From a virus, in the IMG/VR virus record IMGVR_UViG_3300045988_119411: a DNA stretch of 64,000 bases; one strand, given 5' to 3'. Below, piece by piece: positions 7,455 through 15,129 of the stretch; position 1 is the first letter of the stretch, and each line of letters opens with the position of its first letter. The position numbers were made by a program, and so were the translations under genes. The notes beneath the pieces were generated by a model. The model saw nothing but the letters and a program-made list of their open reading frames with translations, had not been told where the DNA came from and ran no database searches.

Positions 7455-7480
7455 GCTACCGCGTCGGCGTCCTTTGTCCC
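7455..7480 (-). promoter_or_regulatory. promoter-like bipartite motif, copy 8
   Basis: Minus sense GGGACAAA-ggacgccgacgcg-GTAGCAGTATAGG, upstream of the ATG at 7417. Confidence 0.5.
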
Positions 7481-7497
7481 ATATTGTATATCGTTTC

Positions 7498-7566
7498 GTT
7501 AACTTTGTCAATTCCTACAATTTATTTGTTAATTATTTGGTTAATTCAACGATTTACAAAGTTAAC
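7498..7566. promoter_or_regulatory. operator-like inverted repeat plus GTTAA repeats
   Basis: GTTAACTTTGT (7498-7508) and ACAAAGTTAAC (7556-7566) form a perfect 11-bp inverted repeat. GTTAATT also occurs at 7528 and 7540. Confidence 0.5.
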
Positions 7567-7581
7567 TTCAGGGTGTACAAT
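7553..7581 (+). promoter_or_regulatory. sigmaA-type promoter of the rightward operon
   Basis: TTTACA-17 bp-TACAAT. The right arm of the inverted repeat lies inside the spacer. Confidence 0.6.
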
Positions 7582-7646
7582 CAATACAGAAATTCAAACA
7601 ACGGACGCCCCAAGGGGCAAGGCCGAGAGGCCGGAAAGGATACGAT

Positions 7647-8405
7647 ATGAAAATGAACGCCACTGAAATCGCCGCCCGCCGCGAGCAGATCAAGACCACC
7701 CGCGCGAACATCAAAACCGTGGTAAACATCTACCGCGAAACCAGCGACCGGACCCCCGCCGAGACCGTCGCCGCTATCGTGGAACGCCTCGGATACGATA
7801 CCGCCCGCGAGGCAATCGCCGAGATCATCAACACCGTGGGCGAGTGGGACGGCAGAATCTACCCCAGCAGCCGCGAGTGGGCCGCCACCATCGAGAACGC
7901 CGCGACCCGTGACGAGCTGGAAGCAAAAAGCATCTACCAGCCCGCCGAAATCCACCCCGCGCACATCAACCAGCTTGCGCAGGCTATGAGCAAGTACACG
8001 CCGCCCGCACCGGAGCCCAGCGAACCCAGCGCCCCGGCGGCGTCTCCGATCCGGCTGAACGTCGAGCAGTTCGGCGGCGTACAGCTTCCGCACCGCGTCG
8101 CCGTGTACGTTCCCAGCACGCAGGGCCCTGCAGAGACCACCGACAACGCCAAGCAGGTGCAGCGCGTCGCCCGAGAGTTTGCCGAGATGTTCGGCGGCGC
8201 GACCGCCACCACCGCCCGCGGCTTTTGGGTGAGCGACGCCGCCGGTCTGGTTGCCGAGTCCGTGACCATCGTTTATGCCAGTTGCACCGATCGTCAGTAT
8301 CACGAGCAGGTGCCGGAAGTGATCCGCATCGCCCAGCGGATCAAAGAGGAAATGCAGCAGGAGGCGGTAAGCATCGAGCTTGACGGAATCCTGTATCTCG
8401 TCTGA
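7647..8405 (+). CDS. hypothetical protein (252 aa)
   Basis: ORF track. AAAGGATACGAT RBS. First gene of the rightward operon. Confidence 0.7.
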   Translation: MKMNATEIAARREQIKTTRANIKTVVNIYRETSDRTPAETVAAIVERLGYDTAREAIAEIINTVGEWDGRIYPSSREWAATIENAATRDELEAKSIYQPAEIHPAHINQLAQAMSKYTPPAPEPSEPSAPAASPIRLNVEQFGGVQLPHRVAVYVPSTQGPAETTDNAKQVQRVAREFAEMFGGATATTARGFWVSDAAGLVAESVTIVYASCTDRQYHEQVPEVIRIAQRIKEEMQQEAVSIELDGILYLV

Positions 8406-8463
8406 GCTACAAACCACCCCGGCGGCATACGCCGCCGGGAGCCGAAGAAAGGAGAAAAACAGC

Positions 8464-8685
8464 ATGCAGAAAATCAATATCAGCGGCACGGACCGCCCGC
8501 AGTGGTACACGCCCGAAGAGATCCGCGCAGCAGCCGCCGAGGGCCTGCCGCTCCGCCTGAAGGGCGGGAATCATCATCCCGATATTCTGTGCCGTCTCGC
8601 TGCGAATTGCGGCGGATGGTGTACCGTCGTCACCGATAGCGGCGCGATCCTGCACGCATGGGCCGGAGAGCTTGCCGCAGCCTGA
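8464..8685 (+). CDS. hypothetical protein (73 aa)
   Basis: ORF 8380..8685 trimmed to MQKINISGTDRPQWY with a GAAAGGAGAAAAA RBS. Confidence 0.5.
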   Translation: MQKINISGTDRPQWYTPEEIRAAAAEGLPLRLKGGNHHPDILCRLAANCGGWCTVVTDSGAILHAWAGELAAA

Positions 8686-8768
8686 GAGCAGCCGGACACC
8701 TTGACGGGCCGCACCGTAAAGCGACCCGATCCCATCAAAATTTTGACGATGTAAAGGAGATCAATACC

Positions 8769-9482
8769 ATGAAGAAAACCGCCATCATGTCCCAGGCTTG
8801 GAGCCTGTACCGCCAGACCGTCACCGAGTACCCCGAGACCCGCAGCCGCGCCCAGTTTGCCATCTGCCTGAAAGAGGCGCACCGCGCCGCCAGAGCGGCC
8901 CAGACGGCCCGCTGCGAGTGGGACGCCATGACCGGCGAGGAGAAATATTCCGCCCTGATCCGCATGACGTGGACCATGAAGCACCGCGCCGAGGCGCAGG
9001 GCCGGGACATGGACACCGATTGGATCGTTACCCAGGACGACGCGCAGACCGTCGCATCGGACGCTTATTGCCGCATCTTTGCCGCCATGGACCGCAACGA
9101 GCAGAGAGAGGAGCCACGCCCCCTAGCCTATCTCATGCTTTCCGCGTGCGCCCAGGCAGCGCACAGCATCAGCCGCGCCGAGCGCCGCCATGCCAACGCA
9201 TGCCGCCAGACCGTCACCGACGAGGACCAGACTCAGACCGTGATTGATATTTCCGCCAGCGTCACCGCCGAGCCGATCACGCAGGGCCCCGAGGCCGCAG
9301 CCATCACCGCCGAGACCATCCGCGAGGCCATCGCCACCGACACGGACGGCATTATCGTGCAGCAGCTCGCAGCCGGTTACACCGTCCGAGACATCGCCGC
9401 CGTGCTCGCTATGAGCAAGAGCAGCGTTCAAAGACGTATCGACGCAATCCGCGCCCGCTACCGTCAGGCCCTCGCAGGCTGA
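8769..9482 (+). CDS. sigma-70 family (ECF-like) factor candidate with N-terminal extension
   Basis: ORF 8658..9482 trimmed to MKKTAIMSQ with a TAAAGGAGA RBS. Region-2-like DDAQTVASDAYCRIFAAMDR...AQAAHSISRAERRH. Region-4 HTH-like QQLAAGYTVRDIAAVLAMSKSSVQRRIDAIRARYRQAL. Confidence 0.5.
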   Translation: MKKTAIMSQAWSLYRQTVTEYPETRSRAQFAICLKEAHRAARAAQTARCEWDAMTGEEKYSALIRMTWTMKHRAEAQGRDMDTDWIVTQDDAQTVASDAYCRIFAAMDRNEQREEPRPLAYLMLSACAQAAHSISRAERRHANACRQTVTDEDQTQTVIDISASVTAEPITQGPEAAAITAETIREAIATDTDGIIVQQLAAGYTVRDIAAVLAMSKSSVQRRIDAIRARYRQALAG

Positions 9483-10581
9483 CAGCAGCCAGCCAAGAAA
9501 TACCGCACCCCCAGCCGCCCCGGCATAGCCCGGAGCGGCTTTCCTGCGCCCAAAACGCCCCGCCCAGCCCCAAGCGGGCAACAACCAGCCAAGACCATCC
9601 GAGCCGCCCAAACGCCAGCCAGACCGCCCCGCGCAAAGCAGAGAGGCCCGAAACAGCCCCGCACCTACTCTTTATTATAATCGCGCGCGTGCGCGCGTGT
9701 ACTCCGCGCGGGCGAGCATACTATAGTCTAAACTCATATCATACCAACCCAAGCAGACCAGCCACACGCAGCCAAGCACCGGCAAAGAGAAGACCATGCA
9801 GGCCAACAGAGGAAAGGGAAAGGGGACGGGGAAAAGTGTTCGCGGCTTCGCCGTGTTCAGGCCGCGAACCAAGGCGGGGGACGCCTTGACCGCCAGCATC
9901 AGACCGGCAGCGCATCCGCCCCAGCTCCGCAGCATCTCCGAGCCAAACCGAGGCGGACCGGCAGCAGCCCGGAGAAGTCCGCCGAATTTGGCAGAAATGC
10001 AGGATATGCAAGAGAACTTGCAGAAATTCCGGGATGTCGTTTACTTTCCTATGCAGAATGTAAACGACAACGGCCAAGAAATGCAAGACACCATGCAGAA
10101 ATGCAAGACCCCGCCCCACTTTACAAACCTGAGAGGCGCTTTTTTCTGGAGAAGGGCAATAGCTCTTCTCCCCCCATCCATGTTCCACCTCGGCTCCCAT
10201 CCGAGATACCACCGCCTAGTAAACCTGTTTTCCACCATAATATATTTCACATCGCGCCAGCCAAAGACCATCGAAGTCTCCGGCCGGCGCTTTTCTTATG
10301 CGCAAGGTGGGAGGGGGCGTACTTTTCAAACCCGAGATGAAATTTCGAAAGTCGGAAAACGAAAAGGCCAAAAAATAAAATTTGCGCGGTTGCCTTACGG
10401 CAACGAAGCAGATACCCTTCGGGTCTATGGCAGGGAAGGGTTGGTTATGGTGCAGCAGCGAAGTAAGGCGGAGTCGGCGGCGCGGTAGCCGGGAGTGTAA
10501 CATAAATCGTTTTGGTCGGATGGTACGATGAGAATAGAGAAACAAATCCGCAGAAAAACGGATGAAATATTGGAGGAAGAA
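9483..10581. other. ~1.1 kb non-coding region: C-rich skewed tract, alternating CG run, iteron-like repeats, hairpins (origin / ncRNA candidate)
   Basis: Only one unconvincing ORF. Details are given in the findings. Confidence 0.5.
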
Positions 10582-11151
10582 ATGAGAGCAACAATCTTTT
10601 CAGACGATTTTAACAGAATCGTAGATGCCACGAAGCAGTTCGTCAGCAAGGTTCATTGTGAGAGCCGGAAAGCGGAGGAGTACATTCGCTTCGATTTTGA
10701 CGCCGAGCATCAGAAGGTGACGGCGATGTCGCTGGATGGCTATCGGATGAGCGTGGAGAACTCTGTGGTGAGTGAGTGCGACGAGAACTTCTCGGTCTAC
10801 ATCATGGGCAGCTTCCGCCTTCCGCGAAAAACCTACGCTGTGATTGAGAAGGTGGGGACCGAAGTTCAGATCCGATGTGCTGGGGCCCTGTTTGGATTTG
10901 AGCAGCCGGCAGACCCGCAGCCGTTTGAATGGCAGAAGGTAATTCCGGAAGGCAAACCTCACTTCAAGATCGGGTTCAATGGGAACTATCTGCTGACAGC
11001 GCTTCAGGCCGCGAAGATCAGCGCCGGACAGACTTTCAAGAATCCAATCGTCTTGGAGTTCTGGTCTCCTATTTCTCCGGTAATTATCCGGACGAACAAG
11101 GATGACATCAAAATGGTGCTTCCAATCAGACTGGGAGGGCACGAATCATGA
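10582..11151 (+). CDS. DNA polymerase III beta (sliding clamp)-like protein, about half length (189 aa)
   Basis: ORF 10528..11151 trimmed to the ATG after a GGAGGAAGAA RBS. C-terminus FKIGFNGNYLLTALQAAK...PVIIRTNKDDIKMVLPIRL matches the DnaN C-terminal pattern. EWQKVIPEG resembles the DnaN P.Y..viP motif. Confidence 0.6.
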   Translation: MRATIFSDDFNRIVDATKQFVSKVHCESRKAEEYIRFDFDAEHQKVTAMSLDGYRMSVENSVVSECDENFSVYIMGSFRLPRKTYAVIEKVGTEVQIRCAGALFGFEQPADPQPFEWQKVIPEGKPHFKIGFNGNYLLTALQAAKISAGQTFKNPIVLEFWSPISPVIIRTNKDDIKMVLPIRLGGHES

Positions 11152-11429
11152 GCAGGTATGTAGAGATCCCAGATGGAACATGCCGTGTCATTATTTTCGG
11201 ATTGGATGCAAAACCAATATCAGACCATGCTTACGATCCGGAAGATCGTGGCGCCGCTGTGCGAGAGGCGATTGACGGTGAGTGGATTGACGGCCATGGC
11301 GGCGCTCCGCGCTGCTCTGCTTGTGGAAATGAAGCTGACTATAGCAGCTGGGAGAAGGACTTCCGCGATAAGCTGCGCTTCAATAAAAGCCGGTACTGCT
11401 CCGATTGCGGCGCGCTCTTAGGCGAATAG
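11148..11429 (+). CDS. hypothetical zinc-ribbon protein (93 aa)
   Basis: ORF track. ATGA overlap with the clamp gene. CSACG...CSDCG. Confidence 0.6.
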   Translation: MSRYVEIPDGTCRVIIFGLDAKPISDHAYDPEDRGAAVREAIDGEWIDGHGGAPRCSACGNEADYSSWEKDFRDKLRFNKSRYCSDCGALLGE

Positions 11430-11437
11430 GAGGACGA

Positions 11438-12253
11438 ATGAACACAAAGAAAATTAACGTCGGCTTGTATGGCGACGGAAGCCGGAAGGCGAGGCTTCGG
11501 GCGGAGTATATCTACTGCGGCCGCGCGGATGAGTGCTCGCTTTACAAAATCGGGAAATGCTTCAACGTGACAACACTTTTCGGAACCCGCTGCCCTATCG
11601 GGGAAAGAAATTGCGTGGACGGTGGAACAAAGCAGAGCAAGAAGTTTAGAGATATATGGGAGCAGGCGAAATTTGACCCATGCTATGCAAAACTGAACTA
11701 TCCGTCAAATGAACACATTGGACGAATCGGAGACGATGTCTATTTATGCCCACCGTTTGTCGAGATCAAGGACTGTAACGGGCGACTGAATGTTTCAGAC
11801 CCCGGATTTGGCTGCAATTGGGTTGTTGTAAAGCGCGATACGCTGACCCCGGAAAACCTGAATCGGATATGTTCGTACAGGCCGCGAAGTTTGATGGGCG
11901 GGACGATCACAGACTATCAGGAAGAAACCGTTCCAAACTTCTTGCATCAGCTCTCCTTGCTGTTTCCAGACGAATACGCCGCCCTGATTGCGGAGTACCC
12001 GGAATACGCGGAGAAGAAGCCAAATTTCATTGGCCGAATCGCGAAGCTCGCCACCTGCAACCCAGCGTGTGAGTACAAGGACGGCGGGAGTGTATTCCGC
12101 TTTGATGGTGACTGGCTTATCTGCGACTGTTACAAATCCTCTTTTGCACCGTTCGATGGGAAGGGCGCAATGCTGAAAATTCAGCTGACGGATGAGATGA
12201 CAGTTAAAATCACGGATAATGCGCAAGTGCTGCCGGAAACGGTGTTGCTATGA
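11438..12253 (+). CDS. hypothetical Cys-rich protein (271 aa)
   Basis: ORF 11405..12253 trimmed to MNTKKINVGLYG with a TAGGAGGACGA RBS. Confidence 0.65.
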   Translation: MNTKKINVGLYGDGSRKARLRAEYIYCGRADECSLYKIGKCFNVTTLFGTRCPIGERNCVDGGTKQSKKFRDIWEQAKFDPCYAKLNYPSNEHIGRIGDDVYLCPPFVEIKDCNGRLNVSDPGFGCNWVVVKRDTLTPENLNRICSYRPRSLMGGTITDYQEETVPNFLHQLSLLFPDEYAALIAEYPEYAEKKPNFIGRIAKLATCNPACEYKDGGSVFRFDGDWLICDCYKSSFAPFDGKGAMLKIQLTDEMTVKITDNAQVLPETVLL

Positions 12254-12262
12254 GGTAAGAAC

Positions 12263-12688
12263 ATGCCAATTAAGAATTATACGACAGACGTAGATGTCTA
12301 CAAGACCCTCGGCACCATTCAGGCAGATCTCGTGAAGCACGGCGCCAAGAAGATCGTGCAGGACTATGATGATGCCGGCCGCATTGTGTCTCTGTGTTTC
12401 ATGATCGACACGCCGAACGGCCCGCACGGAATCCGGCTCCCGGCAAACGTTGATGCGGTATGGTCAGTGCTCCAGCGCCAGAAGGTGAAATGCGACCGGG
12501 CACAGGCGGAGCGTGTCGCTTGGCGCATCATCAAGGACTGGGTAGCTGCGCAGATGGCAATTTTGGAAACCGAGATGGTTCAGATGGATGAGATCTTCTT
12601 GCCCTATATGATAAACGACTCTGGACAGACGCTCTTTCAGTGCTATCAGAAAAATCAACTTTTGATCGGAGATGCCGGAAATGAGTGA
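12263..12688 (+). CDS. hypothetical protein (141 aa)
   Basis: ORF track. Confidence 0.65.
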   Translation: MPIKNYTTDVDVYKTLGTIQADLVKHGAKKIVQDYDDAGRIVSLCFMIDTPNGPHGIRLPANVDAVWSVLQRQKVKCDRAQAERVAWRIIKDWVAAQMAILETEMVQMDEIFLPYMINDSGQTLFQCYQKNQLLIGDAGNE

Positions 12689-12986
12689 CAAATTCATTCT
12701 TCGCAGTGCTGCGATCGACCTCATTCGAAAGCAAAAGGGTTCTCTCACTGATCCGTGTCCTCAAAGAGTCGTAGAAGACACTTATGATCGCATTATTCGC
12801 TCCATCAAACAGTTTTCTGCGGCCGATGTAGAGGAAGTGGTTCATTGCAAAGATTGTGCGGCTTGTAGCCCTGTCCGTCATTGGCGCACAGGAGAATTAA
12901 CCTATTACCTCTGCAATCGCACGGATTTTGTGGTGTCGGCAGATGGTTTCTGCAATTTTGGACGCAGGAGGACAAACAATGGGTGA
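12672..12986 (+). CDS. hypothetical Cys-rich protein, paralogue of 14063..14404
   Basis: ORF track. Shares the AADVEEVVHCKDCAAC motif (compare AADVEPVIHCKDCQKW). Start may be 12681. Confidence 0.55.
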   Translation: MPEMSDKFILRSAAIDLIRKQKGSLTDPCPQRVVEDTYDRIIRSIKQFSAADVEEVVHCKDCAACSPVRHWRTGELTYYLCNRTDFVVSADGFCNFGRRRTNNG

Positions 12987-13353
12987 GGAGAAGCGCATGG
13001 ATACTTTCGAATCGCTGGCTCGAAATCATGTTGAATTGCAGGTGAAACCGTGCGCAAGCGGCGTTTTATGCTCGGCGCTCATGTATAACGCAGACGGCTC
13101 GATTGTGATTCTGGCAAAAGAGGGCCTTGCGCTTGGATATTTCGATTATCCGATGGGAACGGGAGAATGGAAGCTGCACAGCAAACTCGAACACTGGGAT
13201 GATTGGGGCGAGAAATTCATCTTGGAGTGCCCAAGTTGCGGCAGAAAAGTCTTTCATGTGGATTATCGTGATGATCCGGAAGATTTACTGCGGAAATACC
13301 CATTCTGCCATTGCGGAATGAAGATGATTGGAATTTCGGAGGTTATTGAATGA
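12979..13353 (+). CDS. hypothetical zinc-ribbon protein (124 aa)
   Basis: ORF 12928..13353 trimmed to MGEEKRMDTF with an AGGAGGACAAACA RBS. CPSCG...CHCG. Confidence 0.6.
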   Translation: MGEEKRMDTFESLARNHVELQVKPCASGVLCSALMYNADGSIVILAKEGLALGYFDYPMGTGEWKLHSKLEHWDDWGEKFILECPSCGRKVFHVDYRDDPEDLLRKYPFCHCGMKMIGISEVIE

Positions 13354-13784
13354 CGCTGAGAGAACTTCTGATTAGAAGTCACGATCTTCCGCCAGAAGAG
13401 AGTTTTGCTTTTCAAGTGGAGCAAATTGGCCCGTTCCTCGGCGGCGTTGGAGTTCTTCTTGCTCGGGAAGAAAGAGAAGTCTGGTTTTTCGCAACGCTCG
13501 TCTTTGGCGTCAATGTCTTTTGTGACGAACTCGGACATCTTTGTTTCAACAAAGGACTGCCGGGGAGGCTGTACGAGGGAAAGGTATTTGTCCGCATGGA
13601 AGATCCGGACGAAGAGATTATCCCAAATGAGAAAAATGCGTTTTTGCTTACAGAGCATATCGCCAATGAACTCCAAGCGATTGACCTTCGAATTGAGGGA
13701 TTAACACGAACGTGCGTCTTCAATGGGAGAGAAGTCGTTTGGGAGAAGAATATCTCTTGGGAGAACGCTTATGGGAAAAATTGA
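13350..13784 (+). CDS. hypothetical protein (144 aa)
   Basis: ORF track. ATGA overlap with the upstream gene. Confidence 0.6.
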   Translation: MTLRELLIRSHDLPPEESFAFQVEQIGPFLGGVGVLLAREEREVWFFATLVFGVNVFCDELGHLCFNKGLPGRLYEGKVFVRMEDPDEEIIPNEKNAFLLTEHIANELQAIDLRIEGLTRTCVFNGREVVWEKNISWENAYGKN

Positions 13785-14073
13785 AATCAAAGATTATCTT
13801 GGCGAGGCGGAAGTTCTCGCACAGATGGCCGAAGAGGCGGCGGAGCTGGCACAGGCAGCTTTGAAACTGCGTCGAGCGATTGATGGCAAGAATCCGACTC
13901 CGAAGTCCATCGATGACTGCCGGAAAAGCCTAATCGATGAATACAGCGATGTCGTTCACTGTGCCATTGCTCTTGGGATTTTGCCGGACGGTGATTTGAT
14001 TCGTGAGAAATCAAAACGCTGGTGGAAGCGACTTGGTGTGGATGGGAAGGAGAGTGTGCTTTATGAGCCCTGA
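13771..14073 (+). CDS. MazG-like nucleotide pyrophosphohydrolase domain protein
   Basis: ORF 13723..14073 trimmed to MGKIEIKDYL. EVLAQMAEEAAELAQAALKLRRA and DEYSDVVHCAIAL resemble the EExxE / D-rich helices of small phage MazG proteins. Confidence 0.5.
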   Translation: MGKIEIKDYLGEAEVLAQMAEEAAELAQAALKLRRAIDGKNPTPKSIDDCRKSLIDEYSDVVHCAIALGILPDGDLIREKSKRWWKRLGVDGKESVLYEP

Positions 14074-14404
14074 CAAATATGTCAATGCGACACGGTTGAT
14101 TGGTGTGCTGGAAAGCGTGTTGGAGGATGAAGAGAAAAAAGAAGCGTCTCTTGAAAAAATGGCAATGGTCTCGTCGCTCAGATGCGCCATACGTCTGCTT
14201 TCGGAAGAAGTTGCTGCTGATGTAGAACCCGTGATTCATTGCAAAGACTGCCAGAAATGGCATCGGGACGAAGAGTGGTGCGAGGAACACTCGCATTTTA
14301 TCGGCTCAGAAGGTGAGGCGTGTCATCCTTGGGAGAGCAGCGACTGGAAGACGTTCGATGAGAATTATTTCTGCGCGGACGCGGTGCGTCGGGAGGGAAC
14401 ATGA
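14063..14404 (+). CDS. hypothetical Cys-rich protein, paralogue of 12672..12986
   Basis: ORF 14003..14404 trimmed to MSPDKYVNATR with a GGAAGGAGAG RBS. Confidence 0.55.
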   Translation: MSPDKYVNATRLIGVLESVLEDEEKKEASLEKMAMVSSLRCAIRLLSEEVAADVEPVIHCKDCQKWHRDEEWCEEHSHFIGSEGEACHPWESSDWKTFDENYFCADAVRREGT

Positions 14405-14865
14405 CTCTGAAAGAACAATTCTTCGAAGAGGCAAATCTTGCACTTTCAAATCTGATCCCCGCTGATGAACAACGCAGAATCCTTTTGCAGTACAGATGCG
14501 AGCTGGAACCGAATTTTCTTGGTTTTGTGGATGCCTACTACGCATTGAGCAAACTCATTCCCCAAGACACGACGATAATCGACTTTGGTTGTTATCTGGC
14601 TGCGCAGAGCTATTTCTTCAAAGATCATAAAGCCTACATCGGTGTGGATGAGGTAATTGATATGCAGCGGTTCCGGCCGCCCAATGCGACGCACTACTAT
14701 GGCCGGATTCAGGATTTCCTAGCCGCCGATGGCCCAATTCCTTACCAGTTCAACAATCTGGAATACTTTGCGATCTGCAACTACGTTCCAGACCCCGAGG
14801 CCCGCCGGATGGTGCGCGAGCGGTTTCAGAACTGTTTCTGCTTCTACCCGTGCGGAGTAGTGTGA
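14401..14865 (+). CDS. hypothetical protein (154 aa)
   Basis: ORF track. ATGA overlap with the upstream gene. Confidence 0.6.
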   Translation: MTLKEQFFEEANLALSNLIPADEQRRILLQYRCELEPNFLGFVDAYYALSKLIPQDTTIIDFGCYLAAQSYFFKDHKAYIGVDEVIDMQRFRPPNATHYYGRIQDFLAADGPIPYQFNNLEYFAICNYVPDPEARRMVRERFQNCFCFYPCGVV

Positions 14866-14916
14866 GTTAGAAATGTGTTTTGAAAATGCGGTATAACGCC
14901 GTGGAGAGGAAAATGA

Positions 14917-15129
14917 ATGGAAGACCATAGACAAAAGGACAGCCTCATTCGGCTCCGCTATATCGGAAAAAGCGGTGTGCGCGGCCTTCGGCACGGAAAA
15001 GTTTACACTGTGTCACTGGTCAGCATGTACCGCCGCATCTGGGTGGAAGTGGATGGTGATGCGATCCACTACGACAGTTTAGGCCATTTGGAGCGAAACT
15101 GGGCAGACATTGGAGGACTGAGAAAATGA
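14917..15129 (+). CDS. hypothetical protein (70 aa)
   Basis: ORF track. GGAGAGGAAAATGA RBS. Confidence 0.5.
   Translation: MEDHRQKDSLIRLRYIGKSGVRGLRHGKVYTVSLVSMYRRIWVEVDGDAIHYDSLGHLERNWADIGGLRK

Noticed and set aside
2279-7480. CRISPR array interpretation of the repeated motifs
   Set aside because: The repeats are bipartite with variable inner spacers. They are hundreds to thousands of bp apart, and each precedes a gene. No regularly spaced repeat-spacer structure exists anywhere in the window.
7581-8510. 309-aa minus-strand ORF antisense to 7647..8405
   Set aside because: It has Gly/Arg/Ala-rich, low-information composition typical of shadow ORFs in GC-rich coding DNA. It has no RBS, and the plus-strand gene has an RBS and operon context.
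9796-10488. 230-aa plus-strand ORF inside the non-coding region
   Set aside because: It has no credible RBS, an erratic composition, and overlaps the repeat and hairpin elements. An ORF of this length can arise by chance in GC-rich DNA. Homology or Ribo-seq evidence would overturn this rejection.
14401-14865. Possible SAM-dependent methyltransferase (IIDFGC...YIGVD)
   Set aside because: It lacks the GxG of motif I and, at 154 aa, is too small for a Rossmann methyltransferase. It is left as hypothetical.
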